A stretch of 64,000 nucleotides of DNA from Nitrospirota bacterium (lineage in GTDB: Bacteria > Nitrospirota > Thermodesulfovibrionia > Thermodesulfovibrionales > UBA9159), in the NCBI GenBank assembly GCA_963699545.1, contig CAVOUE010000004.1:143410-207409 (forward strand). Reading direction: 5' to 3'. The translations under genes were made by a program, and so were the position numbers. Shown here in pieces: positions 52,982 through 64,000 of the stretch (the first letter of the stretch is position 1; each line of letters opens with the position of its first letter). Under the pieces are notes generated by a model. It worked only from the letters and a program-made list of their open reading frames with translations. It was not told the DNA's origin and searched no databases.

Positions 52982-54327
52982 ATGGCTTTAACAGGCGTTG
53001 AGATATTCAAGTTACTTCCGAAGACGAACTGCAAGAAGTGCGGGCATCCCACCTGTCTTGCCTTTGCTATGAAACTTGCCCAGAGGCAGGCCTCTCTGGA
53101 TTCCTGTCCCGATGTTTCTGAGGAGGCGAAGAGAGTACTCGGTGAGGCGTCTGCTCCTCCGGTAAGGCCGATGACCCTCGGCGCCGGAGACAAGGCGTCA
53201 AGATGGGGGAAGAGACGGTTCTCTTCAGGCATGATAAGAAGTTTGTGAACCCCTGTGCCTTTGCGATTGAGATCAAGGACACCCTGGCAGAGGCTGAGGT
53301 ATCGAAGCTGCTGGAGGAAGTGGTGAGCTCGGAGATGGACAGGGTAGGCCAGAAACTGAGGATTGACGCGATCTTGATCATCAATGCATCAGGCGATGCC
53401 GGCAAGTTTGAGGCCGCGGCAAAGACTGTTGCAGCGAAGGCCCCGGAAGTGCCGGTAATTATTAATACCGAAAATCCTGCAGGCTGCCGAGGCTGCGGAT
53501 AAAGCTTTTTGCCGACAAAAGACCTATGCTCTACGGCGCAAATGCAGCCAATGCAGAGGCCATGGCGACTATAGCAAAGACGCACAAGGCCATCCTCGGC
53601 GTGAGCGCAAACGGTCTGGATGAACTTTCAGACCTCACTGAAAAGAGTGAAGGCTCTGGGTGTTGAGGATATGGTCATCGACTCAGGGGCGCGGAAGGCA
53701 AAGGAGATCATCGAGAACAATACACTGATACGAAGGGCTGCGATCAAAAAGAACTTCAAACCCCTCGGCTATCCGGTGATAACTTTGCCCAGCGGGAAGA
53801 CAGCTTCACGAGACGCTCCTTGCTGGTCTCGGGGTATCGCAAAATATTCATCGATTATTGTCCTGAGCAGCATCGAGAAATGGAAGAACCTTGTCGCTCT
53901 TCACTCTCAGACAGAATATCTACACAGACCCTCAGGTCCCGATGCAGGTGGAGCAGAAGATATACAAGATCGGAGAGCCGAAACCGGAGTCTCCGTTCCT
54001 TATCACCACTAACTTCTCCCTGACCTATTTTATCGTCTCGGGTGAGGTCGAAAACAGCAAGGTGCCGTGCAGGCTCGCTGTGATGGATTGCGAAGGTCTC
54101 TCTGTTCTGACTGCCTGGGCTGCCGGTAAATTCACTGCCTCGAAGATCGCCCAGTTCATAACAGGAAAGCGGGATAGAAAAGGATATAAGCAACAAGGAA
54201 TTGATTATGCCGGGGTATGTCGCGATACTGAGCGGCTCTATTGAGGACAAAATTGCCAGGCTGGAAGGTGACTGTCGGACCGCGTGAGGCAAACGCCCTG
54301 CCTGCATTCTTGAAATCAAGGGCATAG
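52982..54327 (+). CDS. acsC: Corrinoid iron-sulfur protein large subunit; multiple indels
   Basis: LPKTNCKKCGHPTCLAFAM, LRQNIYTDPQ, TTNFSLTYF and SVLTAWAAGKF across several frames. Confidence 0.92.
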
Positions 54328-54437
54328 CGAACAACGGTTGCTTTTATAATCAACTGCAAAATATAACGGGACAGAATTGAGTATAGACAATAGGTAATAT
54401 TGTACCTAAGTATCTCATGCCAAATTAGGAGGTCAGG

Positions 54438-56650
54438 ATGTCCAAGTTAATAGCCACAGCGGCTATAAGAGGCGTCACATAACCTTGTAGAACAGGCAGA
54501 TGAGATGCTTGCAAAAGGCCATTGCAGAGAACGGTGAAAGATTTTGTCTTTGAATTTCCGGATACCGCATTTTATCTTCCGATGATATATGCGATGACCG
54601 GCTTTCCGGTCAAGACCCTCGGGGATATGAAGATAGCCCTCGGGTTTGCCAAAGGAACTGCTCCATGACGAACCCGAGGACAAACTCTGGAAGCCCTATC
54701 TCGGCGAGGCGCTGGATTCAGGCATGGCAACACTCTTTGCTGAGGAGATCATGCTGGCCCTCCGTTATATCGAAGGGCCTTGAACCGTGCAAAGACCCTG
54801 AGACAGGTTATGAATATAACGGGTTTATTACCGACACCATCCAGCGTAATCTCGGCATCCAGCTTGTTGACGGCACGATGCCGGGTTTTGCGGCGATTAT
54901 CGGCGCGGCCCCGGACGATGAGACAGCAGCCAAGATTGTCAGGGAACTTCAGGAAAAGAATATTCTCACCTTCCTTTCAGGTCATTCCGAAGACGGCAAC
55001 AGCGTGACCAAACAGCTGCTGAGACAGGGCGTCGCGCTTGGCTGGGACTACAAGGATCGTGCCGCTCGGTCCTGACACGGAGCATACCCTTTATGCGCTT
55101 GACTGGGCGATCAGGGCCTCCCTCATCTTCGGCAATAAAAAGCCCGGTGATTTCAAGGAACATCTCAAATACCAGAAGGACAGGGTCTTTGCCTTCGCAA
55201 TGGTGCTTGGCCCGCTTAACGACATCATCTGGACGACCGGAGCAGGCGCAATCAACATGGGCTTTCCTGCTGTTGCTGATACCGACATCCCGGTCATACA
55301 CCCCACAGGTGTCTGCATATATGAGGAGGTCGACAAGGAATTCGACCACAGCAAGATCGTGCAGAAGGCGATTGAGGTCAGGGGACTCAAGATCGTTGTC
55401 GAGAAACCGCCGATCCCTGTTGCATACGGACCTGCCTTCGAGGGCGAGAGGATCAGGAAAGAAGACATGTTCATCGAGTTCGGCGGCCAGAGGACCCCTG
55501 CCTTTGAGTGGGTCAGGACAAAGGAGATCGAGGAGATAGAAGACAACAAGGTCATTATTGTCGGTGAGAACTGGCAGGAGAGGTATGAAAAGGGCGGGAA
55601 TGATGCCGCTCGGCATGGTCATCGATGTTGCAGGACGGAAGATGCAGAAGGACTTTGAGTCCGTCATCGAAAGAAAGATACACCACAACCTCAACGAGGC
55701 CCAGGGCCTCTGGCATATGGGCCAGCGTGACATCAACTGGGTCAGGATCAGCAACCAGGCAAAAAAGGACGGCCTTACCCTGGAGCATGTCGGGATCTTA
55801 TCCAGGCGACGATGACCCATCACACGGTTCAAGTCCATCGTGGACAAGGTCCAGGTAACGCTTTATGTCGATGAAAAGGACGTGCTCGCAATGCAGGAGG
55901 AGGCAGGAAGTGCGTATAAGGAGCGTGACCAGAGGCTGGGAAACATGACCGATGAGTCGGTGGATACCTTCTATTCCTGTCTGCTCTGTCAGTCCTTTGC
56001 GCCGAGCCATGTCTGCGTTATCACCCCTGAGAGGCTCGGACTCTGCGGAGCCTACAACTGGCTTGACGGAAAGGCGGCCTTCGAGATCGACCCGACAGGC
56101 GGCAACCAGCCGATCAAAAAAGGTGAGGCCTTGACGCTCAGAAGGGACGCTGGACCGGTGTTGATGAGTATATCAAGAAGGCCACAGGCGGCGCGCGTCG
56201 ATACCATGAACGTTTATACGATCATGGACAACCCGATGACCTCATGCGGATGTTTCGAGTGCATCATCGCGATCGTGCCTGAGGCCAACGGCGTCATGCT
56301 TGTTCAGCGCGGTCATACAGGCATGACCCCTGTCGGCATGAAGTTTTCGACGCTTGCAGGCAGTGTGGGCGGCGGCGTGCAGACCCCGGGATTTATGGGC
56401 ATCGGAAGAAACTTTATAACGAGCAAGAAGTTTCTCTTCGGTGACGGCGGCATCAAGAGGATAGTCTGGATGACCAAGAACCTGAAGGAAAGCCTGAAGG
56501 ACGCCTTTAACCAAAGGGCTGCCGAGGAAGCAGGGTTCCTGACCTGCTCGATAAGATCGCGGACGAAACAAATGCGAGGATTCGGAGAAACTCCTTGAGT
56601 TCCTTTCAAGTGTGGGACATCCTGCGCTTGAAATGGAACCGATGTTATAA
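54438..56650 (+). CDS. acsB: Acetyl-CoA synthase; multiple indels
   Basis: EFPDTAFYLP, PGFAAIIG, YGPAFEGERIRK, SCLLCQSFAP, ERLGLCGA, MTSCGCFEC, GGGVQTPGF. Confidence 0.92.
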
Positions 56651-56699
56651 GATAAAGAACCATTTCGGTTCAGATTATCGAAAGCATTGGAGGATTACT

Positions 56700-58701
56700 A
56701 TGGCAAAGAAGAGAAGAAAGACAGAACGTCAAAAAGTGCGATGCAGCGGCAGAAAAGATCATAGAGTGGGGCGAATCCACAAGATAGAGACCTGTTTTGA
56801 CAGGGCCGAGAAGATGAAGCCATGTCCCGATCGGCGCTGTAGGGGCCTGCTGCAAGGTATGCCATATGGGACCGTGCAGGCTCGTCGGCAAAAATGCGGA
56901 AGAAGAGGCAAGGGGCGTATGCGGAGCGACCCTCCCTACCGTTGCAGCGAGGAATTTCCTCAGGATGATAGCAGCAGGGACAGCCGCACATTCCGACCAT
57001 GCAAGAGGCATGGCCTTTACCCTGCTTGCGGTCGCAAACGGCGAAGCAAAGGATTTCAAGATCACTGATGTAAGAAAGCTCTACCGGGTTGCCGGGTATC
57101 TGAATATCGAGTTTGAAGGCAGGGAAGTCAATGACGTTGCAAAAGATGTCGCCACAAAGCTGATAGAGGACTTCGGCAGGCAGAAGGGTGAGAGGAACTT
57201 TATAACCAGGGCCCCGAAGAAGACCCAGGAGCGCTGGAGGAAATGGGGGATCGTCCCCCGGGGTGTTGACAGGGAGGTCTGCGAGTCGATGCACCGCACC
57301 AATATCGGTGTTGACCATGACCCTGATCATCTCCTGCCGCAGGGCCTGAGAACCGCGCTTGCCGACGGATGGATCGGCAGCATGATCTCGACGGATGTCA
57401 CCGATATCCTCTTCGGGACACCGAAACCGATAAAGGCAGAGGCGAGCTTCGGCATATTCAAAGAGGACGAGGTCAATCTCATCGTGCACGGACATGAGCC
57501 CTCGCTTGCCGAGATAATCGTTGAGGTTGTGGAGGAGCCCGAAATGATTGCATATGCAAAAACAAAGGGCGCCAAGGGGATCAACCTCGGCGGTATGTGC
57601 TGTACCGCAAATGAGGTCCTGATGAGGCACGGCATACCGACTGCCGGAGGGTTTACGAACCAGGAACTCGGCGATCATGACCGGACTTGTTGACGCGATG
57701 ACCGTCGATGTCCAGTGCATCATGCCTGCGATTGTGGATGTCGCGAAGAAGTTCCATACAAAGGTCATCACCACCTCCGACAAGGCGAAGATACCGGGCG
57801 CGATGCATATGGAGTTCGATGAGCACAGGGCAAAGGAAGTGGCAAGGGAGATCGTGAAGATCGCGATCGACAACTACCCGAACAGGACTACGAAGGGCAG
57901 CCATATTACGGAAAAGTTCCCTGTCATCGGCGGATTTTCACATGAATATATCGAATACATGCAGGGCGGAACCTGGAGGGGCTCCTTCAGGCCTCTCAAT
58001 GATGCGATCATGGCGGGAAGGGTCCGCGGAGTTGTCGGACTTGCAGGCTGTGACAACCCGAGGGTCCCTTCAACAGGGGTTCACCAGTTTCTTGCCAACG
58101 AACTGATAAAGAATGACGTGCTTATCGTATCCACCGGCTGCGGTTCTGCCGCGTGCGGCGCGGCAGGGTATCTGACCCCGGAGATGGCGCTCGAAAATGC
58201 CGGTCCGGGGTTGAGGGAGGTCTGCGAGGCGATCGGAATTCCGCCGATTCTCCATCTCGGCGCGTGTGTGGATAATTCAAGGATCCTTACCATCGCGAGC
58301 GCTATGGCTGCTGAAGGCGGTCTCTCTGACGAGATAGGCGGAATGCCTGCAGTCGGTATTGCGCCTGAGTGGATGACCGAGAAGGCGATTGCCATAGGGC
58401 TGTATTTTGCCGCGTCAGGCGTCCCGGTATCTTCGGCGGCGATTCGCCGGTGGAGGCAAGCAAGGAAGTGACAAGGATCATGACGGAGGTCTGGTTCGAG
58501 AGATTCAAGGGTGCGTTGCATTTCGAGCCTGATCCGGAAAAGATCCTTGCACTTGCGCTCGACTATATCGATAAGGCGAGGGAGACCCTGAAACTCAGGA
58601 AGTATGAGCCGGGCAAGTTCGCGACCGAGAAGGTCCTGATGGATATGGCGGCACGCCGTGAGATCGAAAAGGCGGCAAAGCCGCATATCGGAATATATTA
58701 G
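56700..58701 (+). CDS. cooS: Anaerobic Ni-Fe carbon monoxide dehydrogenase catalytic subunit; multiple indels
   Basis: CCKVCHMGPC, AAHSDH, VHGHEP, GMCCTANE, VDVQCIMP, GCDNP, GACVDNSR, EKAIAIG. Confidence 0.92.
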
Positions 58702-58729
58702 GAATAAGAAAAGTCTCTGGACGTTCAGG

Positions 58730-58761
58730 AAGCCCTGCAGTTCCACTGCAGGGCTTTTTTT
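58730..58761 (+). terminator. Intrinsic terminator of the acs operon
   Basis: AAGCCCTGCAGT-TCC-ACTGCAGGGCTT followed by a T run. Confidence 0.85.
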
Positions 58762-58906
58762 ATGTCACGCCTGATCGACCTTTTATCATGCCGGCTCATC
58801 CATATCTGCTGTCACTTCCTCTTATGAAGACCGAAAGGGATTCCCTGCCTCCAAACCTGATATAATGATGCGAGGTTGCAGAACGCTGAATATCTGAAGG
58901 AAAACG

Positions 58907-59690
58907 ATGAAGTGCCCGAAGTGCAATTTTGATCAGCCTGATGGGGAAGGCGAATGCGTGAAGTGCGGCGTTGTCTTTGCCAAGTATCTGTCAAAACAAG
59001 AGCGAAACACAGAAGGATCAGCGACGGGACCTCGGCCGCAGCCGGAATTTGCAGTAGACGACACAAGTGACATTCGTGGTCATCTCAAAAACCTGCTCTT
59101 TTACGTTGATCCTGAAGTGAATATGGTTTACTTGATCGGCAGAGCGCTGCTTTTCCTGGTGATAATTATCTGGGGTCTGAAATTCATTTTTTCAGCCGTT
59201 GAAAGCAATTACGCCGGAAACAGTTTTATGCATCTTGTTAACCTGCCCTTTCATGAGGCGGGGCATGTGCTATTTCGCATCCTTGGCCGCTTTATGATGA
59301 CTTTGGGCGGGAGTCTCATGCAGTTGTTGGTGCCGCTGGTATGCCTTATCACTTTTCTTGTCAAGACCAAAGATCCGTTTGCTGCTTCAGTTCTCCCTGT
59401 GGTGGCTCGGAGAGAACCTGATGGACATTGCCCCCTATATCAATGATGCGAGAGCGCTGAAACTGATGCTCCTGGGCGGTGTAACAGGAAAGGAGGTCGA
59501 TGATTTCCACGACTGGGAATTCATTTTGCGAAAACTGGGCCTGCTTGAGTACGACCACTTTCTGGCCGTGGCTGCGCATATCACGGGGATAGCACTGATG
59601 CTATGTGCGTTTGCATGGGGAGGGTTCCTGCTGTTCAAACAGGTGCGTAATGTTCAGTCGGAGAGGGATGGGCATCTGGACGATAGATAA
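58907..59690 (+). CDS. Zinc-ribbon membrane protein with HExxH motif (peptidase M50-like); frameshift near 59395
   Basis: CPKC...CVKC, TM segments, NLPFHEAGH, APYINDA, HDW. Confidence 0.7.
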
Positions 59691-59767
59691 AGGGGACAGG
59701 AGCCTTGTATCGCTGACTTGGCAACTTCAGAAAGATCATTGTAAGCCTAAGATGAGACATCTCCGGC

Positions 59768-59808
59768 ACAAAGAAGCCCCCGTCAAATTCCGGCGGGGTC
59801 TTCTTTGT
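59768..59808. terminator. Probable terminator between convergent genes
   Basis: ACAAAGAAGCCCCCGTC...GGCGGGGTCTTCTTTGT imperfect stem. Confidence 0.6.
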
Positions 59809-59840
59809 TTAAGGCAGAGCGATTCTGCGCCAGCGCTCTC

Positions 59841-61289
59841 CTACCAGGGTGCCTCACCTTTAAGGAACTTGGAAATGTCCGCAGCCGCCCGTTTGCCGGC
59901 ACCCATTGCACTGATGACGGTGGCGGCTCCCGTGACAACGTCGCCGCCCGCCCAGACACGGGGTTTCTTTGTCCGCCCGGTCTCGTTATCGGCAACAGCG
60001 GTACCGTATTTCGTCCTTTCGAGGCCCTCTGCCTCCACAAAGACCAGCGGGTTTGGGCTGGTACCCAGTGCCATGATCACCGTGTCAATCTCCATCTCGA
60101 ATTCAGAGCCCTCTATCGGGATCGGACTTCTCCGCCCAGACTGGTCAGGCTCACCAAGTTTCATGCGGATGCAGCGCATCCCCCGGACATTGCCCTTTTC
60201 ATCCCCCAGGATTTCGAGAGGGTTCGTGAGAAAATCAAAAATGGCCCCCTCCTCGCCTGCATGGTGAAATTCCTCCTCTCTCGCGGGCACCTCCTCCCTG
60301 GAGCGCCGGTATACCATATGGACCTCACCGGAATTATTTCCCGATTTCCCGGCATAGAGGGTCTGAAGGCGGAGGCTGCAGCGGACCGAGTCCATAGCCA
60401 CGTTTCCGGCACCGATCACCGCAACCTTTTTGCCGACCTTCACCGGTGTGTCATATGCCGGGAAGAGGTAGCCTTTCATGAGGTTGACGCGCGTAAGGAA
60501 CTCGTTGGCCGACATTACACCGTTAAGGTTGATTCCCGGGATTCTCATAAAGGACGGCAGCCCCGCGCCGGTTCCGAGGAACGCCGCATCATATTCCTTC
60601 AGGAGTTCATCCAGGGTGAAAGTGCGGCCTATGACATGGTCTACCTTGATATCTATTCCGAGACATTCAGCGGCATAGTTGATCTCACCGGACACCACCG
60701 ATTTCGGGAGCCGGAACTCCGGGATACCGTATACCAGTACGCCTCCGGGGCCATGAAGGGACTCAAACAGAGTCACCGTGTGACCTTCCCTGCCGAGATC
60801 CACGGCACAGGTTATCCCTGCGGGACCTGAGCCCACAACAGCCACCTTTTTCCCGGTGGAGGGCGCTTTCTCCAGGGGGCAGGTGCGGTTAATCAGCTCG
60901 AAATCCCCCACAAACCGTTCGAGCCTTCCTATGGCCACAGGTTCACCTTTCTTTCCCAGGATGCAATTCCCTTCGCACTGGGTTTCCTGAGGGCAAACTC
61001 TTCCGCAGATGGCAGGGAGGTTGTTCTTCACCTTCATCCACTCCACGGCCTTGATCATGTCCCCTTCCCTGAGGGCCTTGATGAACTGCGGGATCAAGAC
61101 GCCCACGGGACAGCCCTGGACGCATTTCGGCTCTTTGCACTGGATGCAGCGTTCAGCCTCTTCCCGCGCCGTTTCCGGAGCGTAGCCCAGCGCCACCTCA
61201 TCATAGTTTCCCCTTCGCACAAACTGATCCTGATTGGGCATCTCGTGCCGCTTTATCTTCATTCGTTCTTTTTGACTCAGTTCGGCCAT
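59841..61289 (-). CDS. nfnB: Electron-bifurcating transhydrogenase large subunit (GltD/SudA-like)
   Basis: CIQC..PKCVQGCP, CGRVCPQETQCEGNC, GSGPAG, GAGNVAMD; adjacent to nfnA. Confidence 0.88.
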   Translation of the reverse strand: MAELSQKERMKIKRHEMPNQDQFVRRGNYDEVALGYAPETAREEAERCIQCKEPKCVQGCPVGVLIPQFIKALREGDMIKAVEWMKVKNNLPAICGRVCPQETQCEGNCILGKKGEPVAIGRLERFVGDFELINRTCPLEKAPSTGKKVAVVGSGPAGITCAVDLGREGHTVTLFESLHGPGGVLVYGIPEFRLPKSVVSGEINYAAECLGIDIKVDHVIGRTFTLDELLKEYDAAFLGTGAGLPSFMRIPGINLNGVMSANEFLTRVNLMKGYLFPAYDTPVKVGKKVAVIGAGNVAMDSVRCSLRLQTLYAGKSGNNSGEVHMVYRRSREEVPAREEEFHHAGEEGAIFDFLTNPLEILGDEKGNVRGMRCIRMKLGEPDQSGRRSPIPIEGSEFEMEIDTVIMALGTSPNPLVFVEAEGLERTKYGTAVADNETGRTKKPRVWAGGDVVTGAATVISAMGAGKRAAADISKFLKGEAPW

Positions 61290-62152
61290 TATTTCCCTCC
61301 CTCATTGATAGCGCCTTCAAGTTTGCACTTGTGTTCCCACTGTTCTACTGCCTTGCGTTCTTCATCACGATAAAACTGCAGGCGGGACAAGAGGCTTCCC
61401 CAATCTACCTTGTGCGCGTCGAATTCCGGGCCGTCAACACAGACGAACTGGGCGCCGCTATCAAGCAATACCCGGCATCCCCCGCACATGCCGGTCCCAT
61501 CGATCATGATGGTGTTCAGGCTGACCGTGGTCGGCACATTGTACGGTTTTGTGGCCAGGGAAACGAATTTCATCATAATGGCAGGACCGATGGCCCAGAC
61601 ACGGGCAACTTTGCGATCCTTATTTTCGAGAAACTCCTTGAGCGGCTCGGTGACCAGAGACTTGCGCCCGTGGGAACCGTCGTCGGTGCAAACAATGAGT
61701 TCGTCCGAGACTGCCCGCATCTTCTCTTCCCAGAAGAGCAGGCTCTTGTTCCGGGCGCCGATAATGGAGATGACGGTATTGCCGGCTTCCTTCAGCGATC
61801 GGGCGATGGGATAGATCGGGGCGATGCCCACGCCTCCTCCCACACAGATAATGGTCCCGTAATTCTCGATCTCGGTGGGGTGCCCCAGAGGGCCGGCAAA
61901 GGAGGAGAGCTCGTCTCCCGGTTCCATCTTTCCCAGCTGCATGGTGGATTTCCCCACTTCCTGGAATATGATAGTGATCGTGCCCGCATCCCTGTTGTAA
62001 TCGGCAATGGTCAGAGGGATCCTTTCCCCCTGCTCGTCGATACGCACGATGATGAACTGTCCTGCCCTTGCCTTCCTGGCAACATGAGGGGCCTGCACTT
62101 CCATCAGTTTTGTGACGCCGCTCAGGACCTCTTTCTTCATTATCTTGTACAT
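61289..62152 (-). CDS. nfnA: Electron-bifurcating transhydrogenase small subunit (SudB-like)
   Basis: GERIPLTIAD, GGGVGIAP, DGTGMCGGCRV...CVDGPEF; ATG at 62152 with GGAGG RBS. Confidence 0.9.
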   Translation of the reverse strand: MYKIMKKEVLSGVTKLMEVQAPHVARKARAGQFIIVRIDEQGERIPLTIADYNRDAGTITIIFQEVGKSTMQLGKMEPGDELSSFAGPLGHPTEIENYGTIICVGGGVGIAPIYPIARSLKEAGNTVISIIGARNKSLLFWEEKMRAVSDELIVCTDDGSHGRKSLVTEPLKEFLENKDRKVARVWAIGPAIMMKFVSLATKPYNVPTTVSLNTIMIDGTGMCGGCRVLLDSGAQFVCVDGPEFDAHKVDWGSLLSRLQFYRDEERKAVEQWEHKCKLEGAINEGGK

Positions 62153-62477
62153 CTTCCTACCTCCCAGTGGGAACATATTCTAGCTGCTAAGGGCGAAACT
62201 ATGTGGTATGGTGCAATTGCGAAAACTGAGATTTCTACGTATCGCCTGCCTCGAAAATCACCTGATTAATCCAATTAATAATAACATAAATTTCTTGAGG
62301 GAGTCCATGGATTTTTCACGGGTAAAGGACATCCTATCATCTTCTTTGTGCATCATACCAGGGTCAAGGATAAGGGCAGCGTCTGGTGCTGCGACTTGGG
62401 TCTGCCGGGGTGACCGGGCGGACGCATTACGGGAACAAGATTGACTAAAATCCTGCACGGGTTTAAACTTTATCCTT

Positions 62478-64000
62478 ATGGAAAAAAATCTGAGGACAGT
62501 TCTGAAGCGTGCCATAGAGAAGCTGGGGGTGGCCGATGCGGTCATCGAAATCGAGATACCCAGGGAAGAGAAGTTCGGAGATTTTGCCACCCCGGTCGCC
62601 ATGGGTCTATCCAAGGTCCTCAGGAAGCCTCCGAGGAAGGTCGCCGAGGAGATCGTGCATTCCATTGAAGTCAAGGATGACTTCGAACGGATAGATATCG
62701 CAGGGCCAGGATTCATTAACTTCACCTATTCAAAAGGTTTTCTCTCCGCGCTGTTGAGGACCCTTCTTCTGGAGAAAGAGCGCTTTATCAGAAAGGATGT
62801 GGGCAACGGCAGGCAGATCCAGATAGAGTTTGTGAGCGCAAATCCAACCGGCCCGCTGCACCTGGGGCATGGAAGGGGCGCTGCCGTGGGTGCTGCCCTT
62901 TCGAATCTCCTGGAAGCAGGGGGATTTGCGGTCGAGAGGGAATATTATGTCAATGACGCTGGCAGACAGGTGAAGCTTCTGGGTTTGTCCGTATTTGCGA
63001 AATATCAGCAACTGCTCGGTCTTGAATATCCGTTTCCTGAGGACGGATACAGGGGCGACTATATCGAAGGAGTGGCAAGGCAGCTTATTGAGAGGTACGG
63101 CAGCACATACTCGGAGATGAGCTTCCGTGAAGCAGAGGATTTCTTTACTGATTTTTCCTACGGGCAGATGCTCAGAGAGATTGAGAACGACTTGAAGGAT
63201 TTCGGGATCGTCTTTGATACGTGGCAGAGCGAGCGGGAGTTGTACGCGAAGAGTGAAGTGGACAAAGCTATAGACGACCTGAGACACCGGAGGCAGCTCT
63301 ACGAAAAGGACGGCGCGCTCTGGTTTAGGGCAACGGCTTTTGGTGATGATAAAGACAGGGTGATCGTGAAGGGTGACGGCGAGTTCACCTACTTTGCTTC
63401 AGATATTGCGTACCACAGGAAAAAGGTCGAAAAGGGATTCAGCGAGATTATCGACATCTGGGGCGCTGACCACCATGGTTATATATCAAGGCTTAAAGCA
63501 GTGATCGAGGCCCTGGGCTATCCACCAGAACACCTCAAGGTTCTGCTGGTTCAGATGGTGACATTGCTCAGGGGAGGAAAACCGGTCCAGATGTCCAAGA
63601 GGGCCGGGGAGTTTGTAACACTCCGGGAGGTGATGGAAGAGGTGGGAGCTGATACCACCAAGTTCATTTTCCTCACGAGGCGTCCGGACAGCCACCTGGA
63701 ATTCGATCTTGAGGTGGCAAAGGAACAGTCTGCGGAAAACCCGGTGTTCTACGTCCAGTACGCCAATGCCAGGATAAGCAGCATCTTTGTTCACGCCGGA
63801 GAAAAAAGGGTGAATACCGCTGGTTTTCAGGACGCGAACCTCGGTCTTCTTTCGACATCTGAAGAACTCAGAATTATCAAGAAACTTCTGACCTATCCCA
63901 TGACCTTTGAGGGGGCGGTCCTTTCACACGAGCCTCACCGGATCACCTTTTATCTCCAGGAGCTCGCAGGGCTCTTCCATCCCTATTACAACAAATACAA
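62478..64000 (+). CDS. argS: Arginine-tRNA ligase, 3' end beyond the window (absent from the ORF track)
   Basis: FGDFAT, AGPGFINF, EFVSANPTGPLHLGHGRGA, WGADHHGY, MSKRAG, YVQYANAR. Confidence 0.95.
   Translation, partial: MEKNLRTVLKRAIEKLGVADAVIEIEIPREEKFGDFATPVAMGLSKVLRKPPRKVAEEIVHSIEVKDDFERIDIAGPGFINFTYSKGFLSALLRTLLLEKERFIRKDVGNGRQIQIEFVSANPTGPLHLGHGRGAAVGAALSNLLEAGGFAVEREYYVNDAGRQVKLLGLSVFAKYQQLLGLEYPFPEDGYRGDYIEGVARQLIERYGSTYSEMSFREAEDFFTDFSYGQMLREIENDLKDFGIVFDTWQSERELYAKSEVDKAIDDLRHRRQLYEKDGALWFRATAFGDDKDRVIVKGDGEFTYFASDIAYHRKKVEKGFSEIIDIWGADHHGYISRLKAVIEALGYPPEHLKVLLVQMVTLLRGGKPVQMSKRAGEFVTLREVMEEVGADTTKFIFLTRRPDSHLEFDLEVAKEQSAENPVFYVQYANARISSIFVHAGEKRVNTAGFQDANLGLLSTSEELRIIKKLLTYPMTFEGAVLSHEPHRITFYLQELAGLFHPYYNKY

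Noticed and set aside
59841-61289. Glutamate synthase small subunit gltD
   Set aside because: No gltB nearby; it is paired with an NfnA/SudB-type gene.

Overview
Bacterial chromosomal window from an anaerobe. Gene content suggests a Nitrospirota/Desulfobacterota-like organism (inference, not tested). It has five blocks. (1) 1-35.1 kb: a large cluster of four TauE/SafE-family transporters with small membrane partners, eight universal-stress-protein (USP) or USP-like genes, three paralogous sensor kinases, four sigma54 activators and two GntR regulators. It also holds several sigma54 promoters, small proteins sharing a T/S-F-A-E-x-G motif, and a Lon protease with a receiver domain inserted just before Walker A. 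(2) 2.0-8.2 kb: an accessory island interrupting that cluster, with a BrnT/BrnA-like toxin-antitoxin pair, an attC-like site, 42-bp direct repeats, orphan ORFs and a HIT protein. (3) 35.2-41 kb: ilvE, a triheme c7-type cytochrome, and a transglutaminase-like/ABC operon. (4) 41-50.9 kb: sigma54-driven type IV pilins followed by a duplicated module of GT-C-like membrane proteins and TMTC-like TPR proteins. (5) 51-64 kb: Wood-Ljungdahl carbonyl-branch genes (acsE-acsD-acsC-acsB-cooS), nfnAB and argS (runs off the end). Many genes carry small indels, densest in the acs cluster; these are most likely sequencing/assembly errors. No rRNA, tRNA, CRISPR array or integrase was recognised. Best candidate for an undescribed system: the TauE/USP/sigma54 cluster with its receiver-containing Lon and the FAExG small proteins. 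All calls come from reading motifs by eye; no database search was run.
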